Below are positions 49,620 to 61,632 of a DNA stretch of 64,000 nt, one piece after another. Below the pieces are notes generated by a model. It was not told where the DNA came from. It worked only from the letters and a program-made list of their open reading frames with translations, and did not search any database. Each line of letters opens with the position of its first letter. Within the stretch, counting starts at the first letter, position 1. The DNA is from Rhodosorus marinus CCMP1338 (taxonomy: Eukaryota > Plantae > Rhodophyta), in NCBI GenBank assembly GCA_029953675.1, contig JAMWBK010000011.1, positions 310,001-374,000 on the forward strand, written 5' to 3'. Made by a program: the position numbers and the translations under genes.

Positions 49620-51021
49620 TTCCGTTGTCTCCAAACCCCGAGCAGGGGTCTCTCAGGACCTTTGCTGATCGAAGCCGGCGGAGAACTTGTACCCGTCGAT
49701 ATCACCAGTGCAAAGATAAGACTACAGACTTCCTCATCGCCTCTGCGTCGTCCAGCTATTGTCCAGACGTCTTCAAGCCGAGCAGTACAGCTCCCCTCCC
49801 AAAGCGATGCCATTCTGAAACCGACCGTCAACTGCCGGTAGAGCACTAGACGCGAAACTGCATCAAATGATTCAAGTCTTTTCAATATCATCTAAAAAGG
49901 AAGAAATTAGTTTTATCCAGCTAATTAGGGACAATTTTACAGATATTCATAGCTAGTTCGAGAGCTACCCCCCCTTTCCTTAATTTCCAGTTACCGCGCA
50001 AAATAAGTCCGTAAAGTTCAAAAAAGTGAAATATTGGTTGAATAGGATCCGTCTTTACCCCTGTGACGAAAGAATCACGCTGAACGGCCCTCTTGAGGAT
50101 TGGTATAAAATGTTTTTATTTCAATATCAAAGATAAAGTATTTCGTAAATAATATCATTTTTTCGATCGGAAAAGCCAATTGAAAGTGGTGACACTCTTA
50201 GAGCTGTTTTTATAATTATATGCGAAGAGAGCAAATAATGAATTTAGATATAAAAAGAGGATTTATGTTTTGTTTTTCGTAACGGTCAAATTTGGACGTT
50301 TGCGTTGAGAGAGAGGGAAGCGAGGCGCTTGGTCCGATGCCACTATTGAGCTGGTTAGTAGGCACAAGGGTTGATCAACCTGAACTACAAGCTTCTACAT
50401 CAAATGCTGGACGAAAATTTGAACCTGGAGGACGAGACAGCGTGTCCGGAAGAACTAAACTCCCTAGGCGCAGCTTGAACTTTGCGTAGTGGTGTGGACG
50501 GACGATTGTGATCTTCTCTGCCTCTCTGCAACTGACCTCTGGCTTGGGCGGAGGGCAGCGTGTTTCAGTGTCATGTTCAGATGCAGGGTTGCTAAAGCGA
50601 TGGCGATCCCCATTCCGTCGCGTGCGCCCAGGCAAAGTCTAAGTTGTTGAGTCGAGGGTAGCCGAAGCTCAAGCTCGATGCGGTATGAGCCTATTGCTTT
50701 AGCTATGGGAAAGAGTTCCATTCGTCTGCAGCTGTTCTGTTTTAAAAAGAGGGTCCTTCCATAGCTCTCGTTGAACACCTTTCAAAACCCCAAGCGACAA
50801 ATGCCGAGGGCTCGAGTTGGAAATTTTTTCGACTTAAAAACTGTATTTAGTAAACCAATTGCTGTTGAGCCCGACATGTCTTCCGGCAGGGCTCCCGCAT
50901 TTACAGACTCTAGATTTCGCTCGTTGACGTGGACTTGACTGTATCAAGAAGGAGCCAAATCCGTCGTTCTTGAAAGGGCAAAAAGCCCTGTTAGTGTACA
51001 TTGGAAGACCCGATTTCAGTT

Positions 51022-52356
51022 TCAACGGTCAAGTCCTTGTTCCTTTCTGTAGGTTTCCCAAGTTTCTTTGGACTCTGGTATCCAAGGCCACCGCCTGCCT
51101 GCCCTTTCACGCAAGCTTAGAGTCTCCGGGCACGCCTCGCAGATACCGAAACACCACTTCTCGTATCCCTCTGGCGGCCAGGTTTCACATATTGGGTTCA
51201 CCCCTGGACCTCCCTTGGGCGTGTACTTGTAGTCATCACAGGAACAGCCGTCCTCGCGGTTGAGGAGGCTCTCGTTCCAAGCCGGACACTCGGCAAAAGC
51301 GGCGCACAGCTCGGCAAAGTTCTCCACCACCTCGCAGATCTTATCGCTGGTACCCTTTTCACGAGCTGCGCTTGTATCAACGCGTTCCAGCCCAAGGAAA
51401 TCCAGAGACTGGTGATAGACATCGGTGGGATACGTGAGGTAGTCCTCATAGGGCTCCTCCAGAACGCAGCCGTCGGAGATCTTCTTGATCCCGTCGACCT
51501 TGTATTGGTGCGCCTTCCAGCTTCGGGTCATGATACAGTGGAGGTTGGCCATGTTGGTGATCTCGTAGGAGCATCCTACGCCAGTACTGCACCGATCTTC
51601 AAGAGCTTGCAGACCCTCTTCGCTGTTCGTGTTGATCCCGCCGATGGAAGTCTTGTCTCCGAGGTAGTGGTAAGCGTAGCGACCGATTGCCCTCTTCAGG
51701 TGATCCCTTCGGTAGTTGAAGATGATTTTGGTATCGAATTCATCGATGATCTTCTTGAACTCCTCTGGATACTTCAGAACCGGGAGGATGCCCAGCTTGA
51801 AGCCCGGCATTTTGCCCTTTTCCAAAACCATGGTGAAATATTCCCTGATCCACTCTATCCCTGCCGTGACGTTTCCAGACTTTGCCCTGAACTTGGGTTG
51901 GTTCATGGGTTCGAAAGTTCCGACCGCATCCGGGCCTCGGTCCCAGTATACTTGCGGGTGCTCAACAAGCTGACTGATCAGCGCTGTGCTTCCCGCGTGA
52001 GACGTCATGATGATGAAAAAGCTCCTCGCAGGTTTCTTATTCTCGTTGCATGCAGGAATTCTCCTGGAAAGGTGGTCGAACTCGTTCTTCGAACCCTTCC
52101 TGTTCAGCTGCTCATTCACTTGCTCAACTGCCTTCCGGTCTTCTTCAACATTTCCATAGTCCTCATAGATGTCCGACAATACTTCCTCACCCCTCGTCGG
52201 CTTCTTATGCTCGTCAACTCGCGTCGAACCCGGTATCCCAGGAAGCTGCCCCTGAATCACAAACAGAGCAACCATAAATACCCCAATCACAGCAAACGGC
52301 TTCCAGTTCAACGAACTCGAACCCCTCCTCGACGGCTTCCCACGTGCCACCGCCAT
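51022..52356 (-). CDS. Type II membrane (Golgi-like) PAPS-dependent sulfotransferase, Stf0/NodH-like, with Cys-rich C-terminus
   Basis: Short basic N-terminus, TM segment FAVIGVFMVALFVI and a stem region. FFIIMTSHAGSTAL is 5'-PSB-like; FEP and GFK follow; IFNYRRDHLKRAIG is 3'-PB-like. Intronless. Confidence 0.78.
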   Translation of the reverse strand: MAVARGKPSRRGSSSLNWKPFAVIGVFMVALFVIQGQLPGIPGSTRVDEHKKPTRGEEVLSDIYEDYGNVEEDRKAVEQVNEQLNRKGSKNEFDHLSRRIPACNENKKPARSFFIIMTSHAGSTALISQLVEHPQVYWDRGPDAVGTFEPMNQPKFRAKSGNVTAGIEWIREYFTMVLEKGKMPGFKLGILPVLKYPEEFKKIIDEFDTKIIFNYRRDHLKRAIGRYAYHYLGDKTSIGGINTNSEEGLQALEDRCSTGVGCSYEITNMANLHCIMTRSWKAHQYKVDGIKKISDGCVLEEPYEDYLTYPTDVYHQSLDFLGLERVDTSAAREKGTSDKICEVVENFAELCAAFAECPAWNESLLNREDGCSCDDYKYTPKGGPGVNPICETWPPEGYEKWCFGICEACPETLSLRERAGRRWPWIPESKETWETYRKEQGLDR

Positions 52357-53654
52357 CTCAGCTACAAAACTCCCCGCAAACCACAACACAACCAAAACAA
52401 AAAACCCAACCTTCAGATTTCAACCATTCCCCAACAAACCCAGGAACAAGTCCGACACCATCTAAAACCCCAAACCCGCCTACTCCTCTCTATAAGCACT
52501 CCTCAAACAGATCAGTCCCCAGCTCACAAAGAACAGACCCTCCCCCCCCATCCTCCCCCGTCTCCCTCCCCCCCAAAAAACCTAACCGAAGAATCCAGAG
52601 GAGACAGATCGATTTATATACATCCAAAACCGAATGCCAAACCCCGAAAGTCAACACAAAAAATTGACCTCTCAAAAAGGAAAAAGTTCGGCCACCACAT
52701 CACCACACACGTCAACAAAAACTCATTTACCACGCAAACACAACAAGAGAAAATCTACTCAACTAATTAAATATATACTATTATTCAAAATTAAAATATA
52801 TTTATAGTTGTCATATCTTTGCTCGTACATTAGAGTTATTGTATATCATTTTTGGTTGATAAGAGAGGATTTAGGTAGTGACAGTTAAATGAGATAATTT
52901 TGTTGTCTTACTCAATATTTTCTAAAATAAATAATTGTATTTATACTTTAACTGTCTTCTTAAGTTTCGTTGATTTTGTCCTCCAAATTAGGATATATAT
53001 AAAAAAAAAATGTTTTAAGATATGACGATTAATTTGGTGATCGGGGAGAAACTTTAGATTATTAAAAGAAACTTTGACTTGGAGAGAACGGGTCGAAATG
53101 TGTTGAAAAACGGACCCTTTGACTGAGGGTGAAGATGTTGTAGTTTTGAAGAAAATAGACGCTTACTTGTGTTTGGACAATATTTGAAAATAATGAGATT
53201 TTTTTGGGGGGGGGGATTTGAACGGATGGGCATGGCAGAAGTAATAGTGGACTTAACTGTCGCATGGGAATGTGTTAAAAATTGCTAATCTAATCAGGAT
53301 TTAGCACCTTTTTTGAGCAGACGCTTAGAGTTGACGTTGAAAATAGGCGACTTCTGGATATGGTTTTTTGGAAATATTTTTTCTTGGCGGACACGTGTCT
53401 GAAATGTTTTCTTTGGGACGGTCCATTCTGGATTTATGTCCCATGGGGTTGGGGGGTTGCGGAGAGGTCTGAGGGGCCAAGCTTTGGCTAGTCCCGTCCT
53501 GTTCTTGGCTATCTACTGTGTAGGAACTGGCGTACTCTAGCTGATCACTTCCGGCACACGTCTGGCAGCAACAGTGAAGGGCTACTGCGGCTTTTCCACT
53601 TTACAGATTCTCATCAAAACTTAGATATCACGTCACAGGGCATATGAGGGTTGG

Positions 53655-55331
53655 TTAGATCGGGCAGTAGTAGTTTCTGTTCAATAGAGTCTCGCATCTC
53701 ATCCCCTGTGGACATTTTCCGTCTCTGCACTGTGGGATTCTCCTTGTACATTGCTTGCCGATGAATCCCCTCGGGCAGGGCCAGTACTGACCCACCTCGA
53801 TCACGCGGTCAACGCCGAAGAAGTTGCCCTTGGATACGGTGACTCCACCGACGTATTTGACGGAGATTCGAAGGATCCGATTGCACGTGCCGAGGCCAAA
53901 GTGGAGGGTATCCATGTAGCTCTGTGAGTGGGAAGATCCATGTCCGTCAACACGCTTAACGAAGACGCGATCCTTGCAGAAAACCTTGACCAGTGCTCCG
54001 AGGGGTGTCTTCTTTAGCCACGGTCGGAAGTGACCAGCCAGCGGCGTTCCGACCCTGATAATGACCCAATGGTTCCCGTTCTGCGGGGTTTGATTCTTGT
54101 ACAGACGCCATGTAGCGTTGAGATTACCCGTGAGGATGTCCAGACGGCCGTCCATGTCGTAGTCAAACACACCAGAGCTGTCGCCGTCCTCTCTCCTGCT
54201 CGGTGGCTCTGTCCCATGCCTGGGAGCGACTTTGAACGTGCCGTCGCCTCTGTTGAGCAGCATCAGATCGCGAAGACGAGGCGCGTTGAAGAACGTCACT
54301 CGCGTGATGTACAGATCTTCGTAGCCGTCGTTGTTGAAATCCCCGTGTGAAACGTGAAAGTGTCGGCCGGAAAGCTTGGCTATGCCGGCCTTCTCCGCGA
54401 TGTTCACAAACACACCCTTGCGCCTCTCTAGCAGGACGTCGGGGAAGGGCTTATGCCTGGCGCCTCGAGCAAAGTACAGGTCCATGTCACCGTCGCCGTC
54501 CATGTCGAACTCGGCAATACACCGAACGTTGCTCATCGTTTTCCAGCCGGGGATCATGCCCACGTTCCTCCGAAACTTGAACGCCCCGGTTCCGAGCCAC
54601 AGTTCAACTCTATCAAAGGCCATCAGTATAATATCCATCCATCCATCGCCATTGACGTCTAGAAGCTTAAACCAGAGCGCATTGACGCGCTCAATACCAA
54701 CATTGGGTGTGAAGGCGAACTTTCCGTTCCTGAGGTTTCTGTACATCAGGTGTGCGGAAGTTGCGGAGATGTTCCGCTGGTTTACGTAGAGCAGATCCAG
54801 GTAACCATCCCCGTTCATATCCAGAGCAGATATGGAACGCCCTCGCATCCCTTTCGTAGCTATACGAAACTTTTGCCCCTCGTCCCGGGTCCATGTTCTG
54901 TCCTTGCTGACATCGAAAACCACGGGCTTGGCGGGCTCCTTGCCGGACTTGCCCCCTCTCGTGAAAATCACGTCCATAACATTGTCATTGTCCATATCCA
55001 GCGCACAAGTGCTGTGAATATCTCTCAAAGCCAGCCTCGGATTCATGTACTGAAACCGCGCCTGCCCTTGCGACCAGTACCACTCCGCATTGTTCCCGTG
55101 ATTCGAAAGCAGAAGATCATACCTCCCATCTCGATCCACATCCACAATCGAACTTCCCCAGTACTTGTTCAGGGTTGGACGCCGCCTATCCGTCTGTCCC
55201 AGCCTCAACAGCCCAACCGGCCCGGACACGTCGCGATACGTTGGCACTACAACCGGCTGACCCAACCCCAGACCCACAACAAAAACAGCCACAAAAATAC
55301 ATCCAAGTCCAAGAGACCTCATCCTGTTCAT
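53655..55331 (-). CDS. Secreted FG-GAP + ASPIC-UnbV protein, paralog 5
   Basis: Signal peptide, LNKYWG, DxDxDG loops, GHGSSHSQSYMDTLHFGLG and the 6-Cys tail CPRGFIGKQC...; intronless. Confidence 0.9.
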   Translation of the reverse strand: MNRMRSLGLGCIFVAVFVVGLGLGQPVVVPTYRDVSGPVGLLRLGQTDRRRPTLNKYWGSSIVDVDRDGRYDLLLSNHGNNAEWYWSQGQARFQYMNPRLALRDIHSTCALDMDNDNVMDVIFTRGGKSGKEPAKPVVFDVSKDRTWTRDEGQKFRIATKGMRGRSISALDMNGDGYLDLLYVNQRNISATSAHLMYRNLRNGKFAFTPNVGIERVNALWFKLLDVNGDGWMDIILMAFDRVELWLGTGAFKFRRNVGMIPGWKTMSNVRCIAEFDMDGDGDMDLYFARGARHKPFPDVLLERRKGVFVNIAEKAGIAKLSGRHFHVSHGDFNNDGYEDLYITRVTFFNAPRLRDLMLLNRGDGTFKVAPRHGTEPPSRREDGDSSGVFDYDMDGRLDILTGNLNATWRLYKNQTPQNGNHWVIIRVGTPLAGHFRPWLKKTPLGALVKVFCKDRVFVKRVDGHGSSHSQSYMDTLHFGLGTCNRILRISVKYVGGVTVSKGNFFGVDRVIEVGQYWPCPRGFIGKQCTRRIPQCRDGKCPQGMRCETLLNRNYYCPI

Positions 55332-56342
55332 CCTTCCGATTACCTTAGATAGTCTTTGGGTTTATACAGTACAGCTACCGCTGTCTAAACGAACGTACAC
55401 ACCCGTCCCAACCCATCCCCACCGCCCGACTGCACCGACCCCCTCATCCCCCCACTATTGCGCAACTCTAACAAAACGGCTTCAGTAACCCTCGACCTCG
55501 AGAAAATAAGGTTCTCCACCCCCTAACTAGAGAACCAACTCCATAGTACCTCAATATATAAAAATAGTTTTCAAGCTTACCCTTTTTCTGACAGGTATGC
55601 ATAAAGGGGTATAAATCTGTATCCATACTCTATCGATAATTAAGTAGGGTCAATTTATGATTCTTTACGAACCCCCTTGTTTGTATTTTCATAATGCGTT
55701 GTTATTTTTATATACATATATTACAATATAATTGCTACCCCTAATGGAAAATATATTTTATAGTATTAATGACACAGAATAGGATTTTTGTTGTGTTTAG
55801 ACGGTAAGTGTGCATTATCTGTGAAGCTGCTGCGGGCAAATTTATGGAGAAGTTTTATGGAAGAATTATTGAACATTTTCCTAGTACATTAGTACATTAG
55901 TAAAAATCGCGAGCATGTACTGTTCTAGAAACCCTTCGTGTGGTAGAAGGCGGGTTTGCTCCCTTGTCAAAGGAAAGATCGATGATCATTGATCATCGAC
56001 TTTTCTTGAGAGAACCCATAGGATCCTCTGATGCCCCGTTGTGAATATCACCAGAGAAGCTGTCCTGCAGCTGTCATTGGAGAGAGGGAATCGTTTGGTA
56101 ACCGAGCTGAATGTGGTCATCGGTCCCGAACTGTTGCGGTGAGGTTTTAGTTCGGGACTTTTTTGGCTGGTTGGACGAACCTCATTTGATCGGATACATG
56201 GATTTCCAAAGCTCACCAACCTTTCCGTATCGGGAGAGGCGTTATCCGCACCTCAGTCGGCCGCAGATAAGTTCCGGCGTGGGTCATTCAGAGTGTTGAT
56301 CAAATATACTATACAGACAAGTTTACTTTTCATCTTGTGGAA

Positions 56343-58016
56343 TCATCTTCCTACGATACAATAGTAAATCGTGTTCTTGTTGTTCTTAAAGAACATACGT
56401 TCGCAGCGCTGCCCTCCGCATCTCTTGAGGCTGCATTTGGGGTGCGTCAGTTTGCATTTGGGTCCGTTGGTGCCCTTGGGGCATTTACAAACTTTTCCAA
56501 TCGTGATAATCTTGTCCACGGACAGGCCGATTTCCCTTACGAGCCTGACGCCTCCCATGTAGTCCACGATGATCGATTTGATCTGCTTCTCCTGCCCGAG
56601 ACCAAAGTGCAGGGTATCCATGAACGCCTGTGAATGGGAACGACCCGGCGTGGTCACTCTCCGCATGAACTTCTTGTTCTTAGTGACAACCGTAACGACA
56701 GCACCCATTGGGCTTCTCTTCAGTTTCGGGTTGAGGTTGATAGCCGTTGGACGTCCCACTCGGACGATGACGTAGTGGCGATTACCCGGAGGAGTCTGAT
56801 TTCGGTATAGATTCCAGGTCGAGTTTCTCATTCCGCTGAGAATATCAACCTTTCCATCTAGGTCAAAGTCGAACGCGATCGAGTTGTTTCCATCCTCGTA
56901 CTGATTCTGCGATTCGGTTCCAGTGTTCTTCACCTGGACAAAGTCCATTCCCTTTCGGCTTAGGAGCATGATATCATTCTGGCGGCGTGTGTTGTAGTCC
57001 GTGTTCACGGTCAAGTAGAGGTCGATGTAGCCGTCATTGTTGAAGTCGCCATAGGTCACGTGCCCGTTATGGCCGAGCAAGCCCAGGTTTGTCTTCGAAG
57101 TGACGTCTACGTACTTGCCTCCGCGGTTCTCCAACAACGTGTTAGGGATATTGTACCTTCCGGGGAATCCTCGAGCGAGGAACAGATCGAAATCACCGTC
57201 GTTGTCGTAGTCAATCTCCGCAACGGAGGTCGTGCGCCAGACCCTGTTTGCCGGGAAGACGTTCTCCTGCCGGACAAACTTGAAGCTCCCCGTTCCGGCG
57301 TAGACTTCGAGCGTTCTCAGGTGGAAAACAAGGAAGTCGAGATTTCCATCGTTGTTGTAGTCGATCAGCGTGTGGGTCCATCCCCCAATAAACTCAAGTC
57401 CGGTGTTCTCACGAAGTCTGAACTTGCCGCGGCCCATGTTTTCATATACATAGTTGCCCCGCGGGTCATCCAACTTATCCTGGTTGAGGAACACGAGGTC
57501 CAGGTCGCCGTCGTGGTCGATATCCAAAAAGGTCGGACACCTGCCCCTCATGGTCTCCTTTCCAAACCCAAAGCTCGTGCCAGCGTCCTTCCTGAAGGTC
57601 TTATCCTCGTTCACCTTGAAGTAAATCGGCAACCCAGGCTTCCGCCCCCCACTTCCGCCAATCGCCACTACTACGTCCATCATGCCGTCGTTGTCCATGT
57701 CCGCTGCCGCCGTCCCATGTACATCATGAAGATACAACCTCGGATCCTTCGACTTAAACATATTATGCCCCTCCGAGTAGTACCACTCCACGTTGTTCCC
57801 GTGGTTGCTCAGGAACAAATCGTACCTCCCATCACAGTCGATATCCGCGATCGTCGCACCGTAATACTTCGACATCTCAGGACGCCTTCTATGATTCTGC
57901 GCAAGCGTCTGGATCCCACGAGCTGCGGATACATCGTTGAACGCCGGCTTCACTGCAGCCTCACACCCAACCCAAACCAATGAAAAAAAAATTATCAAAT
58001 CCCTAAAAACCCCCAT
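56343..58016 (-). CDS. Secreted FG-GAP + ASPIC-UnbV protein, paralog 6
   Basis: Signal peptide, SKYYG, ADIDCDGRYD, PGRSHSQAFMDTLHFGLG and a 7-Cys tail; intronless. Confidence 0.9.
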   Translation of the reverse strand: MGVFRDLIIFFSLVWVGCEAAVKPAFNDVSAARGIQTLAQNHRRRPEMSKYYGATIADIDCDGRYDLFLSNHGNNVEWYYSEGHNMFKSKDPRLYLHDVHGTAAADMDNDGMMDVVVAIGGSGGRKPGLPIYFKVNEDKTFRKDAGTSFGFGKETMRGRCPTFLDIDHDGDLDLVFLNQDKLDDPRGNYVYENMGRGKFRLRENTGLEFIGGWTHTLIDYNNDGNLDFLVFHLRTLEVYAGTGSFKFVRQENVFPANRVWRTTSVAEIDYDNDGDFDLFLARGFPGRYNIPNTLLENRGGKYVDVTSKTNLGLLGHNGHVTYGDFNNDGYIDLYLTVNTDYNTRRQNDIMLLSRKGMDFVQVKNTGTESQNQYEDGNNSIAFDFDLDGKVDILSGMRNSTWNLYRNQTPPGNRHYVIVRVGRPTAINLNPKLKRSPMGAVVTVVTKNKKFMRRVTTPGRSHSQAFMDTLHFGLGQEKQIKSIIVDYMGGVRLVREIGLSVDKIITIGKVCKCPKGTNGPKCKLTHPKCSLKRCGGQRCERMFFKNNKNTIYYCIVGR

Positions 58017-58086
58017 TTTTCCCCCTCCAACCCCCCAAAAACCAAAGATTCCAAATAATTTGCCTCACAGCTCACCTGCCCACCCC

Positions 58087-58119
58087 GCTGCTGCGAAGCA
58101 GCAGCAATGCCCTTTTATA
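58087..58119 (-). promoter_or_regulatory. Putative TATA box (TATAAAAG) and GCTGCTGC hairpin upstream of paralog 6
   Basis: CTTTTATA at 58112-58119 on the + strand, and GCTGCTGC-GAA-GCAGCAGC at 58087-58105. They lie about 70-100 bp upstream of the ATG. Confidence 0.45.
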
Positions 58120-59858
58120 CCCACCCATTCCAATACCGGCACCATCCTGCTCTCATCCGTGTCACATCTTACAACTCAAAACCTCCCGCAATCGCCACAG
58201 AACAAAAATATCAATTTTCCTTGCCAACATTCTCAAAAAACCCGAAAAAGAAGATAGTACAATATAGTATTTAACAGTACGATAATAGTACAAGAAAGAT
58301 GATTATTTTCAAAACTTTTGATGACAAAAAAAACACGGTCGGCTTCGATTGTGTTTTGGTAATCAAAGAAGCGTTTGGGTGGATTAGCGAATAGATATTG
58401 GGAGAACTGAGTTTTCGTCCTAATTAATTTTTAATTCATAAGTTACGTCCTATGGAATGGTGGAAATATTATAGATGTAATTCGGAAAGTTTTGATATAT
58501 TTTTGGTGAAATCAGATGGTTTAGAGGAATAATTTACGAGAATAAATGAATAATTTTGGACAGGTAGCTAATCAGTGTTTTGGGTTGGCGTGAGGTTGCT
58601 TATTTAATTTATTTATATGAATATTTATATATTGTAATTGGGAATTTTATTGTGGATGGGGTTTTTAATTGAATTATTCTTGGTTTTTGGCGAGCAGCTA
58701 GCTGGTGGTGGTTTCGTTTTTTCCATGATTGGGCAACTGCGGGAAGGGTGGGGGTAGCTTTTTGAGTTCCAGGTACAACTACGCCTTCATCACCAAGCTC
58801 AAGCCGACCAACAGGACTATCTCTCTCTCTGCGACAGGGTTTGAGCGTAGTAAACAGCGCTAAACTGCATAAACCTAGTGCAGTTTCGCTTTAGCGATTG
58901 TACAGTGGCAAGATGAGGACAGCGATATCTTCCGACTCTGTTTTGTTTTGATCTGGATCAGTGTGGTGTTGCATTTTTTTAAGTCCTCTAACGGATCCAC
59001 CACCAACAACCGCCAGCGAAGCGCGCTCTTCCCCCGCACCCACGAAAAAAAGGAGCTTTCAAAAGAAATCACTCCTGCCCAACAGCAAACCACCCTCCTC
59101 CCCAAACAGGCCAAACAGAACCAACCACAATTCTCAGCAAGCAAAAGAGCCAAGCTCTCTCCCAAACACCTCCAACATGGAACATCCAACATCAGAGTCC
59201 AAAAAAAGAAAAACCTCAAAATGCCCCAAAACCCGCCACACCAAAAGAGCCCCTACGCTCACCCCCCGCACTCCACCCCAACCCCAAATCCCCCAAGAGC
59301 TCCCCCAAAACCCCAAAAACCCCGAAAAATCCAATCCCAATCCCCCCACGCAAGAACCCCCCAAAAACCCCAAAAATCGGTTGTGCAAAAAATATAAAAA
59401 AAAATATCCAAACGGTGGGAGGCCACGACCCTTTCCCATCTTCTTCCCCAACATCGATCCACAAATCCATAACTGACTCTTAGCAAAACCTCCCGCAAAA
59501 GTAAAACTGACTGATCTAGAACATATATTGATTGCATGCTGGTTTTATTTTAGAATTTTCAGTTTCTTACATAATTTGTAAGCATCTTTTGTTTTTTAAC
59601 GAAGGCGTTTGAGTCAGAGAGCTAGCAGTGGTTCTCCCAATGGCGGCTAACACAAAACTGCTTGTAGAAAATATTGGTTTGTTCTTGGGAGGTATAATTA
59701 GAGACAGGGTGTCCTTGTTAGGGTTTTATAGTACATTGTTAGTATTGGTTTTGTACAAACATGGTATTTCAGGGGCCCGGGCGGGGGGGGGGTGGGATTA
59801 GGATAGGGGTGCGGAGGAGGCGATGGATGAGCAGCGGGGATTCTTGTTAGTGTTTCTT

Positions 59859-61538
59859 TTACTGTCCAGGTGGTACTTTGCAGTAGTATTTTTTGCCGGG
59901 GTTGTCTGTGAAGAATGCGGTCTCGCAGCGTGTGCCGGCGCAGCTCTTCATGCTGCACTCTGGTTTCTTTAGGGCGCAGTTGGGCCCGGTTTTGTTACCT
60001 GAGCATTTACACTGTCTTCCGATGAGGATCGTGGAGTCTACTGTTATCCCCCCTTCTCGGATAACCCTGACTCCGCCGTTATAGTCGATGGTGATCTTCT
60101 CTATCTTGTCCCTCTTGCCCAAGCCGAAGTGCAGCGTGTCCATAAAGGCCTGTGCGTGGGAACGTCCAGGGGTGGACACCCGCCTTATGAAGACTCTGGT
60201 GGACGTTAAAACTCGAACTACAGCATGCATTGGACTCCTCTTCAGGTTCTTGTTCAGCACCCGTGCGGACGGCCTTCCAACCTGGACGAGGAGATAGTGG
60301 CGCCCTCCGTATGGCGTCCTATTCTCGTACAAATTCCAAGTTCCATTCCTGGCGCCTGAGAGGATATCCACCCTCCCGTCATTATCATAGTCAAACGCGA
60401 TTGAATTGTTTCCGTCCTCGTACGGATTTTTGGACTCCGTTCCGGTCCTCTTTTCCTTGACAAACCGCTTCCCAGCCTGGTTGACCAGCATGATATCATT
60501 TTTTCGAGGTCTCTTCTTATCAACAGTTTCAGTTATGTACAGATCAATGAAACCGTCGTTGTTGAAATCGCCGTAAGTGACGTGCCGGCTGTGGCCAACG
60601 ATGTCAGAATTCGTCTTCTTCTCCACGGCCACGTACCTTCCACCGCGATTTTCCAAGAGGATGTTCGGAGCCTCGTACTTGCCGGGGAATCCCCTTGAGA
60701 GGTAGAGATCGAAATCACCATCGCCGTCGTAATCGAATTCGGCCATCGATGCTACTAGCCTCAGGTTAATGTCCGGCAGGATGTTCTTCTTCAGATTGAA
60801 CTTGAAGCGACCAGTTCCAAGGTAGACATCCGGGCCTGGAACGTCGAAGACAATCAGATCCAAGTTTCCGTCGTTATCTATGTCCAGCACGAGGTGCTTA
60901 AACCCAAAGATCTTCTCTAAACCAGTCTTGTTGCGCAGCCGAAATTGACCGTTCCCGAGGTTTTCGTAGACGTAATGGCTCCTGTTGCTGTCCAGCTTGG
61001 GAGCGCTAAGAAAGATCAGATCCAGATCACCATCATTGTCGATATCAATGTAAGTCGCGGTTCTGCCACGTGTCTTTCCCTGGTCAAGTCCCCACTTCTC
61101 ACCGCGGTCTGTCTTGTACGTCTGGTCCTTGCCAACGTGGAAGAATATGGGAAGCCCTGGTTTGGTCCCTCCACTGCCCCCAAGCGTGAAGATCACGTCC
61201 TTGACCCCATCGTTATCCAAATCCCCAGCAGCAGTCCCGTGGACATCATGATTTTTCAGCTTCGGATCCATAGACGTGAACTTCTTCGTCCCCTTGGACC
61301 AGTACCACTCGGCATTGTTCCCATGGTTGCTCAACACCAAATCGTACCTCCCATCACAATCCAAATCCGCTATAGTCGCTCCAAAATACTTGCTGTCCTC
61401 CGGACGCCGCCTGTGGTTCTCCTCAAGCGTCTGAATTCCCCTCAACTTGGACACATCCTTGAACACAGGCTTCACCGCCCCTTCACATCCAACCCACACC
61501 AATAGATAAATTAAAACAAACACAGAAACCCTCCCCAT
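59859..61538 (-). CDS. Secreted FG-GAP + ASPIC-UnbV protein, paralog 7
   Basis: MGRVSVFVLIYLLVWVGCEGA signal peptide, SKYFG, ADLDCDGRYD, PGRSHAQAFMDTLHFGLG and a 7-Cys tail; intronless. Confidence 0.9.
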   Translation of the reverse strand: MGRVSVFVLIYLLVWVGCEGAVKPVFKDVSKLRGIQTLEENHRRRPEDSKYFGATIADLDCDGRYDLVLSNHGNNAEWYWSKGTKKFTSMDPKLKNHDVHGTAAGDLDNDGVKDVIFTLGGSGGTKPGLPIFFHVGKDQTYKTDRGEKWGLDQGKTRGRTATYIDIDNDGDLDLIFLSAPKLDSNRSHYVYENLGNGQFRLRNKTGLEKIFGFKHLVLDIDNDGNLDLIVFDVPGPDVYLGTGRFKFNLKKNILPDINLRLVASMAEFDYDGDGDFDLYLSRGFPGKYEAPNILLENRGGRYVAVEKKTNSDIVGHSRHVTYGDFNNDGFIDLYITETVDKKRPRKNDIMLVNQAGKRFVKEKRTGTESKNPYEDGNNSIAFDYDNDGRVDILSGARNGTWNLYENRTPYGGRHYLLVQVGRPSARVLNKNLKRSPMHAVVRVLTSTRVFIRRVSTPGRSHAQAFMDTLHFGLGKRDKIEKITIDYNGGVRVIREGGITVDSTILIGRQCKCSGNKTGPNCALKKPECSMKSCAGTRCETAFFTDNPGKKYYCKVPPGQ

Positions 61539-61632
61539 TTTTCTTACCCCCCCCAAAAAAATAAAAATTCACGTCCCACGATTCACCCAAGCCTACCAAA
61601 CCTCCCCCCCTCTGCTGCTGCTTACCCAAACC

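Noticed and set aside
50292-50480. Faint resemblance to a hAT dimerisation domain (CVER...WS)
   Set aside because: It needs frameshifts and matches only a few residues, so it is not supportable.
20742-55331. RGD tripeptides in paralogs 1, 3 and 5
   Set aside because: They are not conserved across paralogs. NRGDGTF is an ordinary VCBS/FG-GAP repeat variant, so there is no evidence for integrin-ligand function.
58948-59476. Pro/Lys/Gln-rich ORFs resembling an extensin or type II membrane protein
   Set aside because: The composition is explained by the C/A-skewed tract. There is no ATG in frame without invoking an indel, and all frames look similarly low-complexity.
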